Shown here: positions 56,591 through 64,000 of the stretch, in pieces
Position numbering within the stretch: position 1 is the first letter of the stretch
How the letters are laid out: each line of letters begins with the position of its first letter
NCBI GenBank assembly: GCA_913054375.1
Contig: CAJXIQ010000001.1
Coordinates: forward strand, 1,200-65,199
Source: an uncultured Bacteroidota bacterium
GTDB taxonomy: Bacteria > Bacteroidota > Bacteroidia > NS11-12g > UBA9320
Length of the DNA stretch: 64,000 nucleotides
Direction of reading: 5' to 3'
Position numbers and translations under genes: made by a program
Notes under the pieces: generated by a model
Seen by the model: the letters and a program-made list of their open reading frames with translations, nothing else
Databases searched by the model: none
Told to the model about the DNA's origin: nothing

Positions 56591-57862
56591 TTGCAGCTGC
56601 AAATCAAAAGTATTATGATGTCAAGAGTATTCATCTTTGTTGTTTTTCTCCTTCTATTTTTCGCAATGGATATGTATGTTTTTCAGGGGTATAAATTATT
56701 GGTAAGAAGGTGGGCTCCGAATTATGGCATGCTGCTCAATATTTTGTATTGGGCCGTTCCTGTAACGCTATTGCTGCTTATCATTGGCACCTGGTTATTT
56801 TCTTCCGATCCCACCAAAAACGGAATAATGATGTGGTCCTCAAGCATATTGTTTGGCCTTTTCATTGCCAAGTTTGTATGGGTGGTGTTCATGGTATTAG
56901 ACGATATCGTACGATTGGTTAAACTTGGTGGTCAAAAAGTAAAAGGAGATACGGAAGGCACGCACATAACGCGTTCTCGATTTATTATTACCACAGGTGC
57001 GTTGCTTGCTGGCACTGTATTTGGCACTATGCTATACGGCATTGCCAATGGAGCACACAACTACACGGTAATGCGTCGCAAGCTGAAGTTAAAGAAATTA
57101 CCGAAAGCTTTTCAAGGGTTTAAAATCGTACAAATATCAGACGTACACTCAGGCAGTTTTTGGAGCAAAGAAGGCGTAAAACGCGGTATTCAAATGATAC
57201 AAGATCAGAAGCCAGATGCTATATTTTTCACCGGAGACCTAGTCAATAGTAAATCCAGTGAGTTTGACGATTTTAAAGAAATATTTAGCAAGCTAGAGGC
57301 CCCCTATGGTGTATTTTCTGTACTGGGAAATCATGATTATGGAGATTACTACAGGTGGCCAGATAAATCGGGAGTAACCAAGGAGCAAAACTTACAAAAA
57401 CTAATAGACCATCAAGCTGATATGGGGTGGAACCTTCTCATGAATGAGAGTAGAGTATTGGAAAAAGATGGCGAAAAAATCGCCGTATTAGGTGTAGAGA
57501 ACTGGAGTGGACATCTCCGTTTTCCAAAATATGGCAAACTAAACGAAGCTTATGCAGGAGTGGCAGAGATAGAAAACAAATTGCTGCTGTCTCATGACCC
57601 AAGCCACTGGCGAGCAGAGGTGCTAAAAGACTACCCAGCTATAGATGCCATGTTTGCTGGTCATACGCATGGCATGCAGTTTGGTATAGACACCAAATAT
57701 TATAAGTGGAGCCCTGTGAAGTACCAATACCCAGAGTGGGCAGACCTATACGAAGAAAACGGGCAATACCTCTATGTGAATAGGGGTTTTGGCTACCTAG
57801 GATACCCAGGTAGAGTAGGTTTCTTGCCAGAGATTACAGTGTTTGAGCTAGAGACTGCTTAG
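56591..57862 (+). CDS. Membrane-anchored calcineurin-like metallophosphoesterase.
   Basis: N-terminal TM helices are followed by ISDVHSG, FTGDLVN, GNHDY and GHTHG motifs. The start may instead be the internal ATG at 56615. Confidence 0.8.
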   Translation: MQLQIKSIMMSRVFIFVVFLLLFFAMDMYVFQGYKLLVRRWAPNYGMLLNILYWAVPVTLLLLIIGTWLFSSDPTKNGIMMWSSSILFGLFIAKFVWVVFMVLDDIVRLVKLGGQKVKGDTEGTHITRSRFIITTGALLAGTVFGTMLYGIANGAHNYTVMRRKLKLKKLPKAFQGFKIVQISDVHSGSFWSKEGVKRGIQMIQDQKPDAIFFTGDLVNSKSSEFDDFKEIFSKLEAPYGVFSVLGNHDYGDYYRWPDKSGVTKEQNLQKLIDHQADMGWNLLMNESRVLEKDGEKIAVLGVENWSGHLRFPKYGKLNEAYAGVAEIENKLLLSHDPSHWRAEVLKDYPAIDAMFAGHTHGMQFGIDTKYYKWSPVKYQYPEWADLYEENGQYLYVNRGFGYLGYPGRVGFLPEITVFELETA

Positions 57863-58575
57863 CGAACAGCAAAGCGAGCCTTCGCTTTTACAAGTTCTGT
57901 CAGGAATTCTGGATTATCTTCCAATTTGTTCCCTACTACCACTACATCTGCCCCAGCAGTAAATACGGTCTCAGCATCTTCGCGGGTTTTTATACCTCCA
58001 CCTACTATTACAGGGGTATCTACTTCGTTTTTTACCGCAGCTATGAGTTGAGGTGATGCATGATGATGTGCGCCGCTGCCGCAGTCTAGGTAGATAAGTT
58101 TTTTGCCCAGCTGGCTACCCGCTAGTGCGGTAGCTGCCGCTATACCAGGTTTGTCTTGTGGTATAGGCGTAGTGCCACTGATGTAACTTACTGTTGTGGT
58201 CCTACCGCCATCTATTAAGATATATCCTGTAGCAAGTATTTCAAGTCCAGAGCGTTTTAATTTGTGTGCAGATTCTACGTGTCTGCCTATAAGCAAATCA
58301 GAGTTTCGTCCACTTATGAGGCTCAATAGTAAGATTGCATCTGCTTGATCATCGATCTGATTTGGACTGCCCGGGAAAATGATTAATGGCTTGTTTGTCC
58401 GTTTTTTTAATTCTGCAAGGCATGTTTTCATGCTTCCGTCTGTTACCAAACTGCCTCCTACAAATAAAAAATCTACTTGATCAAAATTTGGATGAAAAAC
58501 AAGGGTATCCAACTGATGATCAGCTGATTTATCGGGGTCTATCAGCACGGCCACCATTTTTTGGTTGGCACGCAT
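57859..58575 (-). CDS. Geranylgeranylglyceryl-phosphate synthase family (PcrB/GGGPS-like) prenyltransferase.
   Basis: LIDPDK, FLFVGGS, IIFPGS, YLDCGSGA and VIVGGGIKT form the TIM-barrel GGGPS signature. Confidence 0.8.
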   Translation of the reverse strand: MRANQKMVAVLIDPDKSADHQLDTLVFHPNFDQVDFLFVGGSLVTDGSMKTCLAELKKRTNKPLIIFPGSPNQIDDQADAILLLSLISGRNSDLLIGRHVESAHKLKRSGLEILATGYILIDGGRTTTVSYISGTTPIPQDKPGIAAATALAGSQLGKKLIYLDCGSGAHHHASPQLIAAVKNEVDTPVIVGGGIKTREDAETVFTAGADVVVVGNKLEDNPEFLTELVKAKARFAVR

Positions 58576-58780
58576 TTTTGCTGTTATTTTTTGTAATGTG
58601 CTAATAATCTTTCGGTTGTGAATGAGCGTGTAAAAAGTACAAACTCAATTCGGTTAAATCCTAATAAATTTTGTGATTTTATCTTATCAACACTGCAAAT
58701 CTCTTAAAAATAAGTCAACCTAAAAATTTTGTTGTTGATGTGTGGAAAAGACAGACCGAAAGTTAATGTCATGCAAATGT

Positions 58781-58788
58781 ATTTTTGA
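58781..58788 (+). promoter_or_regulatory. -7 promoter box TAttTTTG in the nrdJ leader, flanked by direct ATGCAAA repeats.
   Basis: Exact TAnnTTTG match, flanked by ATGCAAA at 58772-58778 and 58789-58795. A leader of about 77 nt runs to the nrdJ ATG. Confidence 0.35.
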
Positions 58789-58870
58789 TGCAAAACTCAC
58801 TGTAAATTTTTTAGAGAAGATATGCGGTTGAGTCCTTGCCTTTTTTTTTAACAAGTATAAACCTTACGCA

Positions 58871-61800
58871 ATGAGCCAAAAACCAAATTACAACAAAAAC
58901 GCACTGAAATTTAAGCGTTTTAACACCAAAAACGGTGTAGCAGCAACAGACCTTTATGAGTACGAGTACAGAACATCTGTAATCAAGAATCCTGCTGGAG
59001 ATGAAGTCTTCAAGATGGATAACGTCGAAGTACCTAAGGATTGGTCTCAAGTAGCAACAGACATTTTAGCACAAAAATATTTTAGAAAAGCTGGAGTACC
59101 CTTAGAGGATGGAACCACGGGTTCAGAAACCTCTGTAAAACAGGTGGCACACAGATTAGCTGACTGCTGGAAAACATGGGGTGAACGCTATGGTTACTTT
59201 GCTACAAAAAAAGATGCGCAAGTATTTTATGATGAGTTGGTATTTAGCATATTGGGTCAGATGGCAGCACCCAATAGCCCACAGTGGTTCAACACTGGTT
59301 TGCATAATTCGTATGGAATTACAGGAGGTCCGCAGGGTCATATGTTTGTAGACCCAGAGACAGGGAAAACGAAAAAAAGTACATCTGCCTACGAAAGACC
59401 TCAACCTCATGCATGCTTCATTCTATCTGTAAGCGATGATTTGGTTAACGAGGGTGGCATTATGGATCTATGGGTACGGGAGGCACGTATTTTTAAATAT
59501 GGTTCTGGTGTAGGTACGAATTTTTCTAGTATTCGTGGTGCAAACGAAAAATTAAGTGGTGGAGGTAACTCTTCAGGCCTTATGAGTTTCTTAAAAATAG
59601 GAGATAGAGCTGCAGGGGCTATCAAATCTGGTGGTACAACGCGTAGAGCTGCCAAGATGGTTTGCCTAGACCTAGACCACCCAGAAATACTTGAATTTAT
59701 CAACTGGAAAAAAGAAGAAGAAAAGAAAGTACAAGCATTGATAGATGCTGGATATGATTCTGGATACGAAGGGGAAGCATATGCTACTGTTTCTGGTCAG
59801 AACTCAAATAACTCGGTACGTATACCAAACAAATTTTTTGAAGCACTAAAAAATGATGGAGAGTGGGACCTTATCTCTAGAACCAACGGCAAACCAATAA
59901 AGAGTGTACCTGCTCAGAAAGTATGGGACGATATCTCATTTGCAGCTTGGGCATGTGCAGATCCAGGTGTGCAGTATGATACCACAATAAACGAGTGGCA
60001 TACATGCCCAGAAGGAGGACAAATAAACGCGTCTAACCCTTGTTCGGAATACATGTTTTTAGATAATACAGCCTGCAACCTTGCATCGCTTAATTTAAGA
60101 AAATACTACAACGAAGAGACAAAAGAACTAGACGTAGAAGCAATAAAATACGCATCTAGACTTTGGACTGTTGTTCTTGAGATTTCTGTACTTATGGCTC
60201 AGTTCCCAAGTAAAGAAGTGGCAGAATTATCCTACCAATACAGAACTTTAGGTCTTGGATACGCAAACATAGGTTCAGTATTTATGGTAAGCGGTATAGC
60301 GTATGACAGTCCAGAAGCGTCTGCGATATGTGGTGCTGTTACAGCGATACTTACAGGTACTTCGTATGCTACATCTGCAGAGATGGCAAGCTTCCTTGGT
60401 ACTTTCGAACAATACGATAAAAATAAAGAGCATATGCTACGTGTGATGAACAATCACAGATATGCGGCATATAACCTGGACGAGTATGATGGACTTAGCA
60501 TCAAGCCAGTGGGTATAGATCCGGCATATTGCCCAGAGTACCTTTTAGGATCAGCTACTAGTACGTGGGATCAAGCGGTACAGTGGGGAGAGAAATACGG
60601 ATACCGTAATGCTCAAACTACCGTAATAGCTCCTACGGGTACGATTGGTCTAGTAATGGATTGCGATACTACAGGTATAGAGCCAGATTTTGCACTTGTG
60701 AAATTCAAAAAACTATCGGGTGGTGGATATTTTAAGATTGTGAACCAATCAGTTCCGTTGGCATTAAAAAACCTTGGATACGAGGAAACGCAAATCAACG
60801 AAATAGTAAACTATGCGAAAGGATATGCAACACTAGAAAATGCTCCGCATATTAACCACGACACATTACGTGCCAAAGGATTTAAGTCAGAGGATTTAGA
60901 GAAAATAGAAGCTGGTTTGGCTTCTGCATTTGAAATCAGCTTTGCATTCAATCAGTGGGTACTTGGCGACGCCACTATGGAACGTTTAGGTTTCACATCT
61001 GAGCAGTACAACAAAGAAGGATTTAGCTTGCTTAGAGCTCTTGGTTTTAGCAAAAGCGAAATACATGAGGCAAACGATTTTGTTTGTGGCACGATGACCG
61101 TAGAAGGTGCGCCACATTTAAAAAACGAGCATCTTGCAGTATTTGATTGTGCTAATAAGTGCGGAGAGATAGGAGAGAGATACATACACGCTCACGGTCA
61201 CATCAAGATGATGGCTGCAGCACAACCGTTCCTTTCCGGTGCAATATCCAAAACAATAAACCTACCAAATGAAGCTACGATAGAAGACATCAAGTCTTGC
61301 TACCAACTCAGTTGGGAACTTGGTACCAAAGCCAATGCATTGTACAGAGATGGTAGTAAACTATCTCAACCGCTAAGCAACAAGTCTGATGTAGAAGAAA
61401 CAGAAGAAGAGGATGCGATCTCTGCTGTAGATAATGCCCTAGCAGGAGCGGCAACACTTAGCATAGAAGAATTGACACAAGAGCAAGTGTTAGAAGCAGC
61501 CCAAAAAATACTCGACAATTCTAAGAGTACAGAATTTATGCGTCAATTATCAGGTATAGTTGAACGTAAAAAACTGCCTTGGAAACGAAGAGGTTTCACT
61601 CAAAAAGCGAAAGTTGGTGGTCAAACATTATTCGTAAGAACAGGAGAGTACAATGACGGAACACTCGGTGAGATTTTCATTGATATGCACCGAGAGGGAG
61701 CAACATTCCGTTCATTGATGAACTGTTTCTCTATAGCAGTGTCTATAGGCCTACAGTACGGTGTACCTTTGGATGAGTACGTGAGTAAGTTCACATTTGC

Positions 61801-62197
61801 TCGTTTCGAGCCAAGTGGTATGGTAGAAGGGCATCCGAATATTAAGAACTCTACTTCTATCATTGATTATATCTTTAGATTACTCGGTTTCGAATATTTA
61901 GATAGAACAGATTTGGTACATATCAAACCTACCAAAGAAGAAGCACAAGCCAAGGTAGAAGCAAAGCAGAACAAAATGTCTGACACGCCTAAACCAACGG
62001 TAAGCGTTACTTCTGCACCTACTGTTAAACCAGTATCTGCAGCACAGCCAGCGACAGCAGCTTCATTCTCTACACAGCAGCCTAAAGCTACCTCTGGGGA
62101 TGCATTACCATGTACCAACTGTGGAAGTTTAGCACTTATCAGAAATGGTACGTGTCACCTATGTACAAACTGTGGTACTACTACAGGATGTAGCTAG
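58871..62197 (+). CDS. nrdJ: Adenosylcobalamin-dependent (class II) ribonucleotide reductase.
   Basis: It is about 1100 aa with active-site motifs NPCSEYMFLDNTACNLASLNL, a B12-binding region, and a C-terminal CxxC...CxxC zinc ribbon. Confidence 0.88.
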   Translation: MSQKPNYNKNALKFKRFNTKNGVAATDLYEYEYRTSVIKNPAGDEVFKMDNVEVPKDWSQVATDILAQKYFRKAGVPLEDGTTGSETSVKQVAHRLADCWKTWGERYGYFATKKDAQVFYDELVFSILGQMAAPNSPQWFNTGLHNSYGITGGPQGHMFVDPETGKTKKSTSAYERPQPHACFILSVSDDLVNEGGIMDLWVREARIFKYGSGVGTNFSSIRGANEKLSGGGNSSGLMSFLKIGDRAAGAIKSGGTTRRAAKMVCLDLDHPEILEFINWKKEEEKKVQALIDAGYDSGYEGEAYATVSGQNSNNSVRIPNKFFEALKNDGEWDLISRTNGKPIKSVPAQKVWDDISFAAWACADPGVQYDTTINEWHTCPEGGQINASNPCSEYMFLDNTACNLASLNLRKYYNEETKELDVEAIKYASRLWTVVLEISVLMAQFPSKEVAELSYQYRTLGLGYANIGSVFMVSGIAYDSPEASAICGAVTAILTGTSYATSAEMASFLGTFEQYDKNKEHMLRVMNNHRYAAYNLDEYDGLSIKPVGIDPAYCPEYLLGSATSTWDQAVQWGEKYGYRNAQTTVIAPTGTIGLVMDCDTTGIEPDFALVKFKKLSGGGYFKIVNQSVPLALKNLGYEETQINEIVNYAKGYATLENAPHINHDTLRAKGFKSEDLEKIEAGLASAFEISFAFNQWVLGDATMERLGFTSEQYNKEGFSLLRALGFSKSEIHEANDFVCGTMTVEGAPHLKNEHLAVFDCANKCGEIGERYIHAHGHIKMMAAAQPFLSGAISKTINLPNEATIEDIKSCYQLSWELGTKANALYRDGSKLSQPLSNKSDVEETEEEDAISAVDNALAGAATLSIEELTQEQVLEAAQKILDNSKSTEFMRQLSGIVERKKLPWKRRGFTQKAKVGGQTLFVRTGEYNDGTLGEIFIDMHREGATFRSLMNCFSIAVSIGLQYGVPLDEYVSKFTFARFEPSGMVEGHPNIKNSTSIIDYIFRLLGFEYLDRTDLVHIKPTKEEAQAKVEAKQNKMSDTPKPTVSVTSAPTVKPVSAAQPATAASFSTQQPKATSGDALPCTNCGSLALIRNGTCHLCTNCGTTTGCS

Positions 62198-62220
62198 ATT
62201 TTAGAATCATACAAGTCAAA

Positions 62221-62247
62221 GGGCGGTCAATTGACCGCCCTTTTTTT
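62221..62247. terminator. Bidirectional rho-independent terminator.
   Basis: A perfect 20-bp palindrome GGGCGGTCAATTGACCGCCC is followed by T7 and preceded by AAA. Confidence 0.7.
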
Positions 62248-62415
62248 ATTCAGTTTTGTGTCAATAGCACAGGACCTCTGTCTTATAAACACCGGACACT
62301 ATTTTCTTGTTGCTGTGAGTGCAAGCACAGATCTGAATCTACAGATCCGATCTTTCTTTTCTAGTAAAATAGTATTGCAGTAAAAAGAAATGGGATTCTA
62401 AGAAAATTGGGCAAA

Positions 62416-62988
62416 TTACCGGTTCAGGTATTCTTTTACGGCAATTTCTAGGTTTTTGTACCATTCCATGCCAAAGGCACGTTCCAAAGCGGGCTTAGCA
62501 AACTCATATACTTTTATACCGTCCTCGGCTCCTTTTGTACATGCATCTACACAGATGCTCCAACGGTGATAGTTTAACGCATAGTACTCGTTGTATTTAT
62601 CTATACGTATAGGGTATAGGTGGCAACTTATTGGTTTCTGAAAACCAAAATCGTGCTTTTTATTGGCTATCTCTACAGCACAGTTCAGTATACCGTCTTT
62701 TTTTACCACGAAAACACATTCCTTGTTTGGTTTGCAGGTTGTTACCATCATCTGATCAAAAGGATCGCGTTCGGCAAAACCATCTTTTTCCAAGGTTTCT
62801 AATCCTGTAGTATCCATTTCAGATACAATTTTCTCTAGGTTGGTCTCTATTATTTCAAGTTCTCCATCGTCTAGTGGAGCTCCTGCGTCCCCTTCTATAC
62901 AGCATACTCCTTTGCATGCAGATACATTACATGCAAATGCTTTTTCTACTACATCTTCAGATACCAGACAGTTGTCTACTTTTATCAT
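62416..62988 (-). CDS. Cysteine-rich DUF3109-like protein.
   Basis: It is about 190 aa with multiple conserved Cys residues (CKGVCC, CHLYP, CVDAC), and sits next to purE. Confidence 0.55.
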   Translation of the reverse strand: MIKVDNCLVSEDVVEKAFACNVSACKGVCCIEGDAGAPLDDGELEIIETNLEKIVSEMDTTGLETLEKDGFAERDPFDQMMVTTCKPNKECVFVVKKDGILNCAVEIANKKHDFGFQKPISCHLYPIRIDKYNEYYALNYHRWSICVDACTKGAEDGIKVYEFAKPALERAFGMEWYKNLEIAVKEYLNR

Positions 62989-62991
62989 TAT

Positions 62992-63504
62992 CTACTTGCT
63001 CTCGAGGTATGCTTTGTAGCCCAACTCTTCTAATTTTTCTGCTTTGGCAAGTACAGATGTTTCCATAGTGTCAGTAAATGCACGTACGTTTTTCTGTACT
63101 TCAGCATTGTGTGCACCGATCATTTTGGCTGCAAGTATCCCTGCATTCTTTGCTCCGTTTATGGCCATAGTTGCTACAGGTATACCTGGAGGCATCTGTA
63201 CAATACTATAGAGCGAATCTATACCACTCATGGTACTGCTTTTTATGGGCACACCTATCACAGGCAGCGGAGTAAGGGAGGCAACCATACCGGGTAGATG
63301 GGCTGCTCCACCGGCTCCCGCTATAATGCTTTTGTATCCTTTCGTATGAGCGTTCTTAGCAAATGCATACATTCTATCTGCGGTACGGTGTGCAGATACT
63401 ACGGTGAGGTCAAAAGAAATACCGATTTCTTCCAAAACTTTGGCTGCTTCGGCCATTACGGGTAGGTCTGAGTCGGAACCCATTATGATTAATACATCTG
63501 CCAT
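62992..63504 (-). CDS. purE: N5-carboxyaminoimidazole ribonucleotide mutase.
   Basis: The motifs [16 protein letters not shown] and [12 protein letters not shown] are present. Confidence 0.92.
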   Translation of the reverse strand: MADVLIIMGSDSDLPVMAEAAKVLEEIGISFDLTVVSAHRTADRMYAFAKNAHTKGYKSIIAGAGGAAHLPGMVASLTPLPVIGVPIKSSTMSGIDSLYSIVQMPPGIPVATMAINGAKNAGILAAKMIGAHNAEVQKNVRAFTDTMETSVLAKAEKLEELGYKAYLESK

Positions 63505-63661
63505 GGTACAAAGGTAACTTTATCAGTGCGATCATAAAAGTGATTAGTCTTTGCCCAGTAGATTACCTGGTTTTATCAATGAATGATGACTAAATTTCAA
63601 GAAACTAACTTTTCATATATGATGCAAGCGATAATGGTGCATCCCGCATATTTTTTGGGTT

Positions 63662-64000
63662 TTACACCCCTATTACGGTTAGTATACTTTTCACCTTCTC
63701 CATCTTACGCACTACCTCGGTTCGTGTGTCTGCAAGTACGGTGAAGTGGCCCAGTTTTCTGTCGGGCGAAGTAGTGGTTTTGCCATACATGTGGATGTAG
63801 ACCCCCTCCATAGCTAATACGTCATCAAGATTAGCAAGTTGGTATATGCCGTGTACATTTTGTGGTCCTATAATGTTGCATGTAGCAGCGGGTTTTACCA
63901 GAGCAGTACTGCCCAGTGGTTGCCCCAGTAAGATACGGTTGAGCTGCTCGTACTGCGAGGTATAGCAAGATTCTATGGTATGGTGACCACTGTTGTGTGG
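63662..64000 (-). CDS. purK: N5-carboxyaminoimidazole ribonucleotide synthase, 3' part only. The gene continues beyond the window end.
   Basis: The reverse-strand translation ends ..GVYIHMYGKTTTSPDRKLGHFTVLADTRTEVVRKMEKVKSILTVIGV*, which matches the PurK C-terminus (HLYGK..RPGRKMGHVT). It is absent from the ORF track because no start codon lies inside the window. Confidence 0.75.
   Translation of the reverse strand, partial: PHNSGHHTIESCYTSQYEQLNRILLGQPLGSTALVKPAATCNIIGPQNVHGIYQLANLDDVLAMEGVYIHMYGKTTTSPDRKLGHFTVLADTRTEVVRKMEKVKSILTVIGV

Noticed and set aside
58576-58870. A possible cobalamin riboswitch upstream of the B12-dependent RNR.
   Set aside because: There is no B12-box (GCCACTG-like) and no paired-stem architecture typical of the riboswitch. 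B12 riboswitches usually regulate B12-independent isozymes rather than nrdJ.

Overview
This 64-kb chromosomal window comes from a Bacteroidota genome of roughly 40% GC. It carries T9SS type A and type B C-terminal sorting domains, DUF4249, DUF4270, DUF2851 and DUF4286 proteins, and -7-type TAnnTTTG promoter boxes, several of which sit 3-5 nt upstream of start codons. Most of the window is core metabolism and translation: a SulP transporter (5' partial), thiamine pyrophosphokinase, guaB, trmL, era, der, pheS, mnmG, ybeY, rluB-like, xerD, panC, a DAHP synthase, asd, pyrF, sodA, cysS, nrdJ (class II RNR), purE and purK (3' partial), plus one initiator tRNA-fMet. Between these lie several islands of uncharacterised genes. 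The main ones are:
- an operon encoding a secreted TPR protein followed by two tandem paralogous GT-C (ArnT/PMT-like) membrane glycosyltransferases
- a low-GC ORF with a possible N-terminal HTH, sitting ahead of a Y-family polymerase/DnaE2 mutagenesis cassette
- an AT-rich island with a low-GC Ig-like lipoprotein gene fused to the 3' end of the mnmG operon
- a lamin-tail-domain T9SS cargo and a separate type-B CTD T9SS cargo
- a tightly coupled DAHP synthase-asd-FNR/2Fe-2S reductase operon
- a lipoprotein/beta-barrel outer membrane protein (OMP) pair
No CRISPR arrays, transposases or prophage integrases were seen. Every call rests on reading the translated ORFs and the DNA by eye; no database searches were run.
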